Shown one piece after another: positions 47,302 to 57,144 of a stretch of DNA of 64,000 bases. This stretch comes from Dehalococcoidia bacterium (lineage in GTDB: Bacteria; Chloroflexota; Dehalococcoidia; Plut-88900): NCBI GenBank assembly GCA_965249275.1, contig CBDFLQ010000007.1:832001-896000 (forward strand). The letters are read 5' to 3'. Each line of letters begins with the position of its first letter. Within the stretch, counting starts at the first letter, position 1. The notes below the pieces were generated by a model that searched no databases, was not told the origin of the DNA, and worked only from the letters and a program-made list of their open reading frames with translations. A program made the position numbers and the translations under genes.

Positions 47302-48363
47302 CTATTCCATCAACCCCTTGGCCGCCTCGACGATGGCGTCTTTTGAGGGGTTGTAGAGGCTTTCCAAGGCCCGGCTATAGGGGATCGGGGCGTGGGGTGG
47401 CGTGAGCCTTACCGGCGGAGCGTCCAGGTAGTCAAATGCCTGCTCTATAACCAGGGCCGAGATATCGCCAGATATGCCGCAGCGCGGATAGTCTTCATCT
47501 ACGATAATTACCCGCCGCGTCTTTTGCACCGAGGACAGAATCGTGTCTTCGTCCAGCGGCGACAGAGAGAGCACGTCCACGACTTCGGCGCTCACACCTG
47601 CCTTTTCCAACTCTCCGGCCGCGGCCATGCCCACCGCGGTAGTGTGCCCAATCCCGACTATGGTGACGTCTGTCCCCTCTTTCACCACATCCGCCTTACC
47701 TATCGGCACAATGTATGGCTCTTCCGGCACGTCGGAGCCTCTGAGGGGCTCAAAATCGAAGCCTTGGCTGCTCATGAGACGCTTGTGGATGAAGTAGATA
47801 ACCGGATCGTCGTCACGTATCGAGGCCGCCAGCAGGCCCTTGGCAGTGTACGGGTCCGACGGTACAACGCACTTAAGACCCGGGAAGTGAGTGAACACCG
47901 AATACAGCGTCTCCGAATGCTGTGCCGCCTGCCCGCCTCGGATGCCAATGCTAGTCAGGATAGTCAGAGGCAGCGTTACCTTACCCCCGAACATGTAATG
48001 CATCTTGGCTGCGTTGTTGGTTATCTGGTCGGCGCAGACACCGAAGAATCCGACGAACATAAGCTCAGCTATGGGCCGGAGGCCCGTGGCCGCCATTCCA
48101 ACCGCCGCGCCGATGAATCCTGTCTCGGAGATCGGTGTGTCCCGCACTCTTTCGGAACCGTACTTGGTGATCAGCCCTTTAGAATACCCGAAAGCACCAC
48201 CCCAAGCGTCTATTATGCCTTGATCCTCCTTGCCCGCACCGCCCGCTACATCCTCCCCCATAAAGATCACGGAGGGATCTCGACCCATCTCCTGGTCAAG
48301 GGTCTCGTTGAGAGCCCTCAGGTAGCTGATTCGCCGGTTGGATTTGACGCTGGTAGATGCCAT
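47302..48363 (-). CDS. E1 beta subunit, acetoin dehydrogenase-like (copy 2)
   Basis: GEDVAGG..DAWGG, DTPISETGF, AAQHSE. Confidence 0.92.
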   Translation of the reverse strand: MASTSVKSNRRISYLRALNETLDQEMGRDPSVIFMGEDVAGGAGKEDQGIIDAWGGAFGYSKGLITKYGSERVRDTPISETGFIGAAVGMAATGLRPIAELMFVGFFGVCADQITNNAAKMHYMFGGKVTLPLTILTSIGIRGGQAAQHSETLYSVFTHFPGLKCVVPSDPYTAKGLLAASIRDDDPVIYFIHKRLMSSQGFDFEPLRGSDVPEEPYIVPIGKADVVKEGTDVTIVGIGHTTAVGMAAAGELEKAGVSAEVVDVLSLSPLDEDTILSSVQKTRRVIIVDEDYPRCGISGDISALVIEQAFDYLDAPPVRLTPPHAPIPYSRALESLYNPSKDAIVEAAKGLME

Positions 48364-49433
48364 TACGCCTCCAGGACCTCAACCGCAGCCTCTAATATTT
48401 TTTCCTTGGTCGGGGCAAAGAGGCGCTCCAACATGATGCTATAAGGCACTGGGGAATGAGGCGGGCACACTCTTCTCGGCGGTGCGTCCAGATAGTCGAA
48501 GGCCTTCTCACCTACAAGGGCGGAGATGTCGGTCGCCACGGAGCACCGAGGGTAGTCCTCGTCAGCGATCAATATCCGTCGAGTCTTTTTCACCGACGTC
48601 AAAACCGTCTCTTCGTCCATCGGAGAAATGGAAAGCAGGTCTATCACCTCGGCGTTAACACCCTGCCGTTCAAGGATGTCGGCGGCCTGCAGGCACAAGC
48701 CCGTCGTGTACCCGATCCCGACCATCGTAATGTCGTCACCCTGTCGGGCCACATTCGCCTTGCCTATCGGCACAACGTAAGGCTCTTCAGGCACGATCCA
48801 CTCCTCGGAGGGTCGGAGGCCTGCCCGAGTCCTGCCAAGGAGCAGTTTGTGGAGGAAGATCATGACCGGGTCGTCGTCCCGTATGGCAGCGGTCATCAGG
48901 CCCTTGGCCGTGTATGCGTCCGACGGGACTACGCACTTCAAGCCGGGAAAGTGGGCAAAAATCGAGTAAAGGCTCTCCGAATGCTGGGCCGCTGCTCCTG
49001 CCCCCGTTCCAATGTTCGTAATAATGGTGATGGGCAGGGTCACTTTTCCGCCGAACATATAGTGCATCTTCGCGGCGTTGTTGGTGATCTGGTCGGCACA
49101 GACTCCGTAGAAACCGACGAACATCAACTCCACGATCGGCCGCAGGCCCGTGGCCGCCGCCCCCACCCCCGCCCCGATGAAGCCCGTCTCCGAGATGGGT
49201 GCGTCGAGCACTCTCTGGGAACCGAACTTGCCGATCAGGCCCTTCGTCAGCTTAAACACACCTCCCCACGCATCTTCGAAACCCTGGTCCTTCTTGCCCG
49301 GCGCCCCCGCCACGTCCTCCCCGATCACTATGACCGACGGGTCTCGCTCCATCTCCTGAGCTATTGCTTCGTTGATGGACTGGACGAAGCTTATCCTGCT
49401 CCGTTCCGTAGTCTGTGTTTCAGCCGTTACCAT
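48363..49433 (-). CDS. E1 beta subunit, acetoin dehydrogenase-like (copy 1)
   Basis: GEDVAG..DAWGG, DAPISETGF, AAQHSE. Start ATG 49433 (or 49466). Confidence 0.92.
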   Translation of the reverse strand: MVTAETQTTERSRISFVQSINEAIAQEMERDPSVIVIGEDVAGAPGKKDQGFEDAWGGVFKLTKGLIGKFGSQRVLDAPISETGFIGAGVGAAATGLRPIVELMFVGFYGVCADQITNNAAKMHYMFGGKVTLPITIITNIGTGAGAAAQHSESLYSIFAHFPGLKCVVPSDAYTAKGLMTAAIRDDDPVMIFLHKLLLGRTRAGLRPSEEWIVPEEPYVVPIGKANVARQGDDITMVGIGYTTGLCLQAADILERQGVNAEVIDLLSISPMDEETVLTSVKKTRRILIADEDYPRCSVATDISALVGEKAFDYLDAPPRRVCPPHSPVPYSIMLERLFAPTKEKILEAAVEVLEA

Positions 49434-49472
49434 ACTGTTCACCTTTACCAGTAACTGCCCTGTCAATTCTCC

Positions 49473-50456
49473 CTAGTAGCTCACGTACACGTCGGCCAGC
49501 AGTTCTTCAGGGTCAGGCCAAGGGCTGTCATCCGCGAATTGCACCGCTTCGTCCAACGACACCAATACTGATGAGTCGATCGACTCCAGTTCCTCCCCGG
49601 TACTCAGCTCCTCATCCAGCAACCTGGTCTTGTATGTGATTATGCAGTCCCGGCTGCGGTAGTATTCTTCCTCTTCCTTGGTGCGATACCGAGAGGTATC
49701 GTCAGCGCCGAAGTGGCCGTAATATCTGTAGGTCTTGGCCTCGATGATGCTCGGCCCCTCTCCGGCCCGAGCCCTCTTCACCGCCCTCTCCATAGCTGCG
49801 GAGACATCCAGCACATCCTGCCCATCCACCGTCTCTCCCACAATCCCGTAAGCTGAGGCCCGATTAGCCACCGACCCGCCTGCCAAAGAGTATTCAACGG
49901 GAGTGGATTCGGCGTAACGGTTGTTTTCGCAGACGAATATCACGCCCAGATTCCAGATGGCTGCCAGGTTCATGGTTTCGTGGAGTGCACCCTGATTGGC
50001 GCCCCCATCCCCGAAGAAAACGACGGCGACTTGGTCCGTGCCCCGTATCTTTGCGCTTAGAGCCGCACCCGCTGCCACAGGAACGTTGGACCCAATTACC
50101 CCGTTGGCTCCCAGCATCCCGACGCTCTTGTCGGCGATGTGCATGGTGCCGCCCTTGCCCTTGTTCGTCCCGGTGGCCTTACCCATAAGCTCGGCCATCA
50201 TCTCCTTCATGTCGACGCCTTTTGCCAAGCAGTGGTGATGACTTCTGTGATTACCCAACAGGTAGTCGTCCTTACGGAGATATCTGCAGATTCCTACGGC
50301 CACCGCCTCCTGGCCCACCGAGGAATGTATCCCTCCGACGGGCTTCCCTGCGTCGGCCTCACGCCGAGCCCTCTCCTCGAATTCCCGGATGGTGACCATC
50401 CCTTCGTAAAGGGATAGCGCCGTTTCTTTATCCGGCATGGCGTGAACTTCAGTCAT
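49473..50456 (-). CDS. TPP-dependent E1 alpha subunit, acetoin dehydrogenase-like
   Basis: GQEAVAVG, HRSH, TPP motif FFGDG...ENN, YRYYGH. Confidence 0.93.
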   Translation of the reverse strand: MTEVHAMPDKETALSLYEGMVTIREFEERARREADAGKPVGGIHSSVGQEAVAVGICRYLRKDDYLLGNHRSHHHCLAKGVDMKEMMAELMGKATGTNKGKGGTMHIADKSVGMLGANGVIGSNVPVAAGAALSAKIRGTDQVAVVFFGDGGANQGALHETMNLAAIWNLGVIFVCENNRYAESTPVEYSLAGGSVANRASAYGIVGETVDGQDVLDVSAAMERAVKRARAGEGPSIIEAKTYRYYGHFGADDTSRYRTKEEEEYYRSRDCIITYKTRLLDEELSTGEELESIDSSVLVSLDEAVQFADDSPWPDPEELLADVYVSY

Positions 50457-50625
50457 GGTGACACCTCGTCGCGGCTCGAATGCGAAACCTCCCGTCCTCC
50501 GATAGCCATCATACTTAGGCCGAATTTAGCCGTCAACAATCGCTCTCCATTCCCTAAGGCTAAACATTCCCTCTTACATAGGGGTGTACAATATAAGAAC
50601 AGATAATCATAGACCCGGAGGAACC

Positions 50626-50931
50626 ATGCGAATTGATGTGGTCACCATAGACGTCAAGCCGGAGTACCGGGAAAAATTCATCGCCGAGACCATACTCAAC
50701 GCCAAGGGTTCCGTTACCGAACCGGGCTGCTCCAGGTGGGAAGTGCTGGTAGACACGGACAACCCTACACGCTTCTATCTCTACGAGGTCTACGCGGACT
50801 CCAACGCCGAGGATGCACACATAAAGACCCCACACTTCCAGCGTTGGGAAAAGGCCACGGAGAACTGGTTCGCAACGCCCTACGAAGTTGCCGTCTGCAA
50901 CAGCGTATACCCTGAAGATGAGAAGTGGTAG
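50626..50931 (+). CDS. ABM/LsrG-like dimeric alpha-beta barrel protein (putative quinol monooxygenase family)
   Basis: N..GSVTEPGCSRWEV...RFYLYEVY...AH..TPHF; SD GGAGG. Confidence 0.85.
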   Translation: MRIDVVTIDVKPEYREKFIAETILNAKGSVTEPGCSRWEVLVDTDNPTRFYLYEVYADSNAEDAHIKTPHFQRWEKATENWFATPYEVAVCNSVYPEDEKW

Positions 50932-50975
50932 TCACATCTGGTTCGTTATGTTAAATACGTGCCCCGCAATTTAGT

Positions 50976-51449
50976 ATGGACTCGCAGACGCTTATTGATG
51001 CCATTGGAGGCCGCCGCTACCGGATTACTCACCCGCGCCGACGGGTGATCGCGAGCATAGCGGAGAAAGACACCAACTTCACAGCCGAAGAGCTCCACGC
51101 GGAGCTAAATGGTGTTGGAAGGGCCACGGTCTACCGGACGATAAAACTGCTGGTTGAGCAAGGCCTCCTTTGCAAGATAAGCCTCCCGGACGGATCGCCC
51201 CGTTACATGTTGACCATGAGCGGGCACCATCATCACCTCGTCTGCGTATCCTGTGGTCTCGTCTCCGAGTTCCACGAGTCGGAGATTGAGCAGCTTCTTT
51301 CTGAGTGGGAAGCCTCCGGCAAGGGCACAGTAGTCGGGCACCGGATTGAGGTGTACGTGGTGTGCACCGCCTGCCAGACGCGACTCGGGGGCCCTGCCAA
51401 CTTCCGAACCCTATTCCCCCACCCCGTCATATCTGATCAGGAGAACTAA
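50976..51449 (+). CDS. Fur-family transcriptional repressor
   Basis: RITHPR, GRATVYRTI, HHHHLVCVSCG, C-terminal CTAC. Confidence 0.92.
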   Translation: MDSQTLIDAIGGRRYRITHPRRRVIASIAEKDTNFTAEELHAELNGVGRATVYRTIKLLVEQGLLCKISLPDGSPRYMLTMSGHHHHLVCVSCGLVSEFHESEIEQLLSEWEASGKGTVVGHRIEVYVVCTACQTRLGGPANFRTLFPHPVISDQEN

Positions 51450-51511
51450 AAGGCGAATCTCGCTCTTTTGTCTCTCCGCATACCTTATTTCGACCCTTCC
51501 CAAGGAGCGTA

Positions 51512-52426
51512 ATGGACAAAGACCTGCTTTCCATGGCCGACCTCACCGGGCCCGAGGTCTGGGACCTTATGCACAGCGCTGTTGAGCTAAAAAAACAGCG
51601 CAATTCCCGCGTTCTTGAAGGCCGGGCCTTGGCCCTGGTCTTCGAGCTGCCCTCTCTTCGCACGAGAGCCAGCTTCGACGTAGGGATGCGGCAGCTGGGC
51701 GGCCAGTGCATCTACCTGTCTCCGCAGGAGATAGGGCTCGGGACGAGAGAGCCAGCGTCGGACGTGGCCCGCGTGCTGAGCCGTTACGTTGACGGCATAG
51801 TTGCCCGCACACGTCGGCACCAGACCGTCGTAGACTTGGCTAACTTCGCCTCGGTACCCGTGATCAATGGCCTTTCCGACGGTGAGCACCCGTGCCAGGT
51901 CCTCGCCGATCTGCTAACCATCTACGAACATAAGAGCAAGCTCGAGGGCCTAAACATCACCTATGTCGGCGACGGCAACAACATGGCGGCCAGCCTATCC
52001 CTGGGAGCAATGCTAGTCGGGGCTAACTTAACTATGGCAGCGCCCGAAGGCTATCTCCTTCCTCCCGAGACCGTCAGTACAATAAAGGAGCTCGGCGCCA
52101 AGAGTGGAGGAGTTTTCGACATTAACCCCGACCCCGCGCAGGCAGTGTCCGGCGCCGATGTTATCTACACTGACGTCTGGACAAGCATGGGCCAGGAGGC
52201 AGAATCAGAGCGGCGGCTGCGAGACTTTGCCGGATACCAAGTCAATGCTGAGCTTTTGTCTCATGTCGGCGATAACGCAATATTTATGCACCCGCTCCCT
52301 GCCCACCGCGGCGAGGAGGTATCCGACGAAGTAATGGAGCACCCCTGCTCCGTAGTCTTCGATCAGGCTGGAAACCGACTCCATGCCCAGAAAGCAGTGT
52401 TGGCGCGGCTTCTAGGCCAGTCTTAG
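51512..52426 (+). CDS. argF: Ornithine carbamoyltransferase
   Basis: PSLRTRASF, HPCQ, GDGNN, DVWTSMG, HPLP. Confidence 0.95.
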   Translation: MDKDLLSMADLTGPEVWDLMHSAVELKKQRNSRVLEGRALALVFELPSLRTRASFDVGMRQLGGQCIYLSPQEIGLGTREPASDVARVLSRYVDGIVARTRRHQTVVDLANFASVPVINGLSDGEHPCQVLADLLTIYEHKSKLEGLNITYVGDGNNMAASLSLGAMLVGANLTMAAPEGYLLPPETVSTIKELGAKSGGVFDINPDPAQAVSGADVIYTDVWTSMGQEAESERRLRDFAGYQVNAELLSHVGDNAIFMHPLPAHRGEEVSDEVMEHPCSVVFDQAGNRLHAQKAVLARLLGQS

Positions 52427-52459
52427 TCCGGCAAGCGCTCTGGGAGTATTCACGTTCAG

Positions 52460-53773
52460 ATGTCTATAGTAGCCATAGTAGGCCGTCCTAACGTCGGGAA
52501 GTCGACGCTGTTCAACAAATATGTTGGGCGGCGGATGGCCATCGTGTCCGACACACCGGGCACCACGCGGGACCGGGTCGCAGCTCAGATCACCATTAAC
52601 GGCAAGAGTCTAATCCTGGTAGACACCGGAGGCCTGGATCTCCGCCAGGAAGATGAAATTCACCTGGGCGTAACGGACCAGATAAAAACCGCTCTTGCAG
52701 AGGCCGCAGCGATCTTGTTCATGGTGGACGGTAGAGACGGCCTGACTGCAGCCGACGAAGACCTCGCCGACCTGCTGCGGATGTCGGACAAGCCCGTCGC
52801 ACTAATTGTGAACAAGATCGACAACGCTCGTAGAGAGGCGTCATTACAGGACTTCTACCGGCTAGGCATGGGCGACCCGACCCCGATAAGTGCATACCAC
52901 ACAAAAGGGCTGGACCAGGTCACAAGTTGGATAGACGCCAACCTAGATGCTCCGGAACCAGATCCGCAGTCCGGCGCCATGAAGGTCGCCATCGTGGGTC
53001 GGCCCAACGTTGGGAAATCGTTGCTGCTGAACACTCTATTCGGGCAGGACAGGGTTATCGTCAGCGAAATTCCGGGCACCACTAGGGACGCTATCGATAC
53101 CGTACTGGACTACGAAGGTGAAAGCATCGTCCTCATAGACACCGCGGGTGTCAGGAGGCGGGGCAAGATCGGCCACGGAATAGAGAAATACAGCGTCCTT
53201 CGCACCATGGGGGCAATCTACCGGGCAGACGTGGTGCTGCTGGTAGTCGACGCCTCGGAGCTTATGACTGCGCAGGACATGCACGTTTGGGGCTACGCCA
53301 AGGATGCTTACCGGGGAATGGCAGTGGTGGTGAACAAGTGGGACCTGGCCGATGAGCTGGAGCTCGACATTAAGTCCACCCAACCCTATATCCAAGATCG
53401 GCTTCGCGCCGGTGAATACGTACCCATCCTGTACACCTCCGCGTTGTGTGGTCAAGGCATCTCCGAGCTAATGCCCACAGCCCAAAGCATATTCAGAGAG
53501 AGAGGGAAAACGGTCACCACGTCGGCGCTGAACAGGATGCTGACCAGGGCCGTGACCGCCAGCCCACTGCCCCGGGCCCGGGGCAGACGATTGAAGCTCT
53601 TCTATTTGACTCAGACCGGCACGCACCCCCCCACCTTCACATTCTTCGTCAACGATCCTGCGCTGGTGCACTTCTCCTATCAACGGTTCCTGGAGAACCG
53701 CATTCGTGACGAGTTCGGATTCAAAGGGACGCCTATTCAACTGAAATTTCAGAGGAGAACTCGCAACGAATGA
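52460..53773 (+). CDS. der: Ribosome biogenesis GTPase Der
   Basis: Two GRPNVGKS G-domains and a KH-like C-terminus. Confidence 0.97.
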   Translation: MSIVAIVGRPNVGKSTLFNKYVGRRMAIVSDTPGTTRDRVAAQITINGKSLILVDTGGLDLRQEDEIHLGVTDQIKTALAEAAAILFMVDGRDGLTAADEDLADLLRMSDKPVALIVNKIDNARREASLQDFYRLGMGDPTPISAYHTKGLDQVTSWIDANLDAPEPDPQSGAMKVAIVGRPNVGKSLLLNTLFGQDRVIVSEIPGTTRDAIDTVLDYEGESIVLIDTAGVRRRGKIGHGIEKYSVLRTMGAIYRADVVLLVVDASELMTAQDMHVWGYAKDAYRGMAVVVNKWDLADELELDIKSTQPYIQDRLRAGEYVPILYTSALCGQGISELMPTAQSIFRERGKTVTTSALNRMLTRAVTASPLPRARGRRLKLFYLTQTGTHPPTFTFFVNDPALVHFSYQRFLENRIRDEFGFKGTPIQLKFQRRTRNE

Positions 53774-54393
53774 AGGCCTTATTCTTAGTGTTGCTAGGTT
53801 ACCTGATCGGAGGGATACCGACAGGAAAAATAGTTGTCAAAAAGTCGAAGGGCCTGGATATTCAGAAACGCGGAAGCGGAAATATAGGCGCGGCCAACGT
53901 CTACCGTGTCGCCGGGCCCTCGGCCTCGACAGTTGTCTTGCTAACCGACACTTTCAAGGGCCTCCTGCCCGTACTTATAGCAAGGAAGGCCACCGATTCG
54001 AGCCTGGTGCACGCTTTGGTTGGACTCGCGGTTGTGCTGGGACACATTTGGCCGGCATTGCGCGGGTTCAAAGGTGGTAAGGGCGTGGTCACGAATCTCG
54101 GGGCACTGCTGGCCCTGGCCCCCGTGCCGGGGCTTATCGCGGCCCTGACCGGTGGTTCAGTAATGGCGAAGTTCCGGATATCGTCCCTGGGCTCCCTCTC
54201 CGGAACTGCAGTCGGAGCGACATGCCTCCTAATCGCCGTGCTGGTCGGCAAGAGGCCGAAGTCATATTTGCTTCAAGCCCTCATCCCGACCGTGATCATC
54301 TTCTACGCTCACCGCGAGAATTTCAGCAGGCTCCTATCCGGCGCCGAGAACAGGTTGGAGTTCGAGCCCGAGGAAGAGCAGGACCAGTCCTAG
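53770..54393 (+). CDS. plsY: Glycerol-3-phosphate acyltransferase PlsY
   Basis: GSGNIGAANV, FKGGKGV, HRENFSRL. ATGA overlap with der. Confidence 0.94.
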   Translation: MKALFLVLLGYLIGGIPTGKIVVKKSKGLDIQKRGSGNIGAANVYRVAGPSASTVVLLTDTFKGLLPVLIARKATDSSLVHALVGLAVVLGHIWPALRGFKGGKGVVTNLGALLALAPVPGLIAALTGGSVMAKFRISSLGSLSGTAVGATCLLIAVLVGKRPKSYLLQALIPTVIIFYAHRENFSRLLSGAENRLEFEPEEEQDQS

Positions 54394-55271
54394 GTTCGAC
54401 TGAACACCAGGGCCAACCAATCATCTCGTATGGCCCGGGACTTGATAGAGGCGCCTTTAGCCTCGAATGCCTCCTCGACAGCCGTGGCTTGATCTTCGAG
54501 AAGCCCACTTAACACCGCAACTCCGTTCTCGGACAGCGAGTTTACGATATGCGGCGCTAGTCCTACTATCGGGTTCACGGTGATGTTGGCGACTATTACA
54601 TCCCATCCGGGATCAGGGTTGGCAGGGTCGTGCCAGAGCGTCCCTTCTGCGACTTCCACAATCTCTCCAACATCGTTAGCTGCCACGTTCTGCCGGGCCA
54701 CCTCAACCGCTACTGGATCCACGTCCAGGGCCGTCACCTTCGCCGCACCAAGCTTGGCAGCGCCTATGGCCAGTATCCCCGACCCGGTGCCCACATCCAT
54801 GACGCGCATCCCCGTCTCTACAATTCCATCCAAGGCATCCAGACACATGCGGGTGGTGGGGTGCACACCCGTCCCGAAGGCCATGCCGGGGTCCAGGTTG
54901 ATCACGACTTCGTTATCAAGCGGCTGATAGGCAAGCCATGTCGGACAGACTACGACTCTCTTGCCTACATGCTGGATAGTGAAATGCTTTCGCCAGGCTC
55001 GGGCCCAATCTTCTCCCTCTAAGAGTCGGTACTGCAGAGGCCCGACAGGCCGGAGCAGCCCCAAAAGCCTGACCACGACCTCCATGTCCGCCTTCAACTT
55101 CTCTTGGGCGTCGTCATTGGGGGCGTAGGCCCTGACTATCAGCCGGCTTTGCTCGCTGGGTGGGCCTTGCTGCTCAACGACTATCCTCCCACATCCATAT
55201 CTCCGAAAGGCCTCGCAGACCGGCTCCGTAGACTCAGCATCTACTTCAACCGAAAACTCTACTAATTCCAT
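54390..55271 (-). CDS. prmA: Ribosomal protein L11 methyltransferase
   Basis: LDPGMAFGTGVHPTT, DVGTGSGILAI, VANI. Confidence 0.95.
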   Translation of the reverse strand: MELVEFSVEVDAESTEPVCEAFRRYGCGRIVVEQQGPPSEQSRLIVRAYAPNDDAQEKLKADMEVVVRLLGLLRPVGPLQYRLLEGEDWARAWRKHFTIQHVGKRVVVCPTWLAYQPLDNEVVINLDPGMAFGTGVHPTTRMCLDALDGIVETGMRVMDVGTGSGILAIGAAKLGAAKVTALDVDPVAVEVARQNVAANDVGEIVEVAEGTLWHDPANPDPGWDVIVANITVNPIVGLAPHIVNSLSENGVAVLSGLLEDQATAVEEAFEAKGASIKSRAIRDDWLALVFSRT

Positions 55272-55316
55272 CGTGTTTCTTTAGTCTGCCGTGGGTTCAG
55301 GCGTGGCCGGTATAGC

Positions 55317-55353
55317 GGGAGGCCCGACCCTGCAATGCAGGGCCGGGCCTCCC
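55317..55353. other. GC-rich hairpin between dnaJ and prmA
   Basis: GGGAGGCCCGACCCTGC-AAT-GCAGGGCCGGGCCTCCC with no U tract; possible stability or pause element. Confidence 0.55.
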
Positions 55354-55378
55354 GGCGGCGTTCAGTTCAATCTCTCGC

Positions 55379-56500
55379 TCACCGGAACACTTCCCTGATT
55401 TTTGCAAATATCCCCCTGCCATTCCGGCTAGAGACCCCGGGCCTGTCCAGGGTCAGGGTTAGCTGGCGGAACAGCTCCTCTTCTTCCTTATTCAAGGAAT
55501 CGGGCGTCCTTACGTTTATGTTGACGATCTGGTCACCCCTCCCCCCGCCCCGTAACCGGTAAGCACCGCGGCCTTTCAACCTGAGCGCCGTACCAGTCTG
55601 GATGCCCGATGGCACTTTGAGCATGACAATGCCATCTATGGTAGGAACTTCCACCTCGTCCCCGAGGGCCGCCTGGGCAAAGTTGACGGAGTATTCAAGC
55701 ACGACTTCGTCGCCATCCCGGCTAAAGTACTCATGCCTCTGTACCTTGACCGTTACGTAAAGGTTGCCCGGAGCTCCGCCGCGTGTCCCTGCGTCGCCCT
55801 CTCTGGTAAGCCGGACCTGAGTGCCATCCTCCACACCAGCGGGAATCTGCACAGCTATCTTTCTGAACATCTTCGTCCGCCCCACCCCACGGCACTGGCT
55901 GCAAGGCGTGGGTACGACACGCCCCTCGCCGCGGCATTGGTCGCAGGCAGTGACGTTAACAAACTGACCAAACAGGTTCTGCTGTACTCTCCTGACGCTC
56001 CCACTGCCGTTGCAGGTTGAGCAGGTGACAACCTCTGTGCCGGGTTCCGCTTTGGACCCGCGGCACGTCTTACAGACCTCAGTCCTCTGCACTTCAACGT
56101 TGCGCTCGGTGCCGAAAACAGCGTCCTCAAAGGAAATCGTTACCGTCTGGTGGATGTCCGCGCCGCGCTGGGGCCCGGACTTGGCGCCGGCATTGGAGCC
56201 GAAGAAGGCTTCGAAAATATCCCCGAACCCCCCGAATCCGCCCATGCCTTCAAATCCTCGGCCGTATCCGCCACCCGCCGTTCCTGCGTGTCCAAACCTG
56301 TCATAGGCGGCCCGCTTATCCGGGTCGCTAAGGACTTCGTAAGCCTCGTTGATCTCTTTGAACCTGTCCTCGGCATCGGGGCTCTTGTTTCGGTCGGGGT
56401 GGTACCTGAGCGCGAGCCGGCGAAACGCCTTCTTAATCTCCTCAGGAGTGGCGTTCCGTTGCACTGACAGCAGGTCGTAGTAGTCGGCCTTAGTAGTCAT
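55379..56500 (-). CDS. dnaJ: Chaperone DnaJ
   Basis: HPD J-domain, G/F region, four CxxCxGxG repeats. Confidence 0.98.
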   Translation of the reverse strand: MTTKADYYDLLSVQRNATPEEIKKAFRRLALRYHPDRNKSPDAEDRFKEINEAYEVLSDPDKRAAYDRFGHAGTAGGGYGRGFEGMGGFGGFGDIFEAFFGSNAGAKSGPQRGADIHQTVTISFEDAVFGTERNVEVQRTEVCKTCRGSKAEPGTEVVTCSTCNGSGSVRRVQQNLFGQFVNVTACDQCRGEGRVVPTPCSQCRGVGRTKMFRKIAVQIPAGVEDGTQVRLTREGDAGTRGGAPGNLYVTVKVQRHEYFSRDGDEVVLEYSVNFAQAALGDEVEVPTIDGIVMLKVPSGIQTGTALRLKGRGAYRLRGGGRGDQIVNINVRTPDSLNKEEEELFRQLTLTLDRPGVSSRNGRGIFAKIREVFR

Positions 56501-56550
56501 AAGATGTTAATTATCTCAGGTTAGAACAATCGTCGTTTGCAATAAGAGCC

Positions 56551-57132
56551 CTATGCAGACTCTTGTTGCCCTTCTCCCGAAGCGGCTTCCTCCTCCGCTT
56601 CGCCCTGCCCTACTTTCACCATGGCTGGCCGTATAACACGGTCGTGGAGCTTATATCCTCTCTGAAACTCCTCGACTATCTTGCCCTCCGGGCCGTCACC
56701 ATGCATCACGGCCTCGTGCAGATTCGGGTCGAAATCCTCACCAAGGGCCTTGATTTCCGAAAGGCCCGCGGCCTCCAAGGTTGCACCGAGCTTCCGCTCT
56801 ATCAGGAACAGGCCCTCGACCCAAGTCATGCCAAGAATGCTGTCGGGAATCGTCAATCGAGCCCGCTGGAAATCGTCAACCAAGTTTAGCATACTGCCGA
56901 TCAGGGCAGCGTTGGCGAATTTAGCCAGGTCCTGCTTCTCCTGGTCGACTCTCTTCTTATAGTTGGAAAGATCGGCCTGGGCCCTTTGCCAGTTGGCCAA
57001 GTTCCGGTCTGCCCGTTCCTTCTCCTGTTCCAGGGCCAAGGCCAAGTCCTCTGTTATTTCCTGGCCTTCCGACTCCTTCTCGCTATCCTGCTCGGCTTTG
57101 GGGTCCTCGGTTTTGTTTGTGGCGTCGTTCAT
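56551..57132 (-). CDS. grpE: Nucleotide exchange factor GrpE
   Basis: RAQADLSNYKKR, FDPNLHEAV, GYKLHDRVIRPAMVKV. Confidence 0.96.
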   Translation of the reverse strand: MNDATNKTEDPKAEQDSEKESEGQEITEDLALALEQEKERADRNLANWQRAQADLSNYKKRVDQEKQDLAKFANAALIGSMLNLVDDFQRARLTIPDSILGMTWVEGLFLIERKLGATLEAAGLSEIKALGEDFDPNLHEAVMHGDGPEGKIVEEFQRGYKLHDRVIRPAMVKVGQGEAEEEAASGEGQQESA

Positions 57133-57144
57133 TTTATGGCTGGA

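Noticed and set aside
24163-55353. Hairpins sharing a GC-AAT-GC apex (24163 and 55317) as a REP-like repeat family
   Set aside because: Only two copies with different stems; insufficient evidence.
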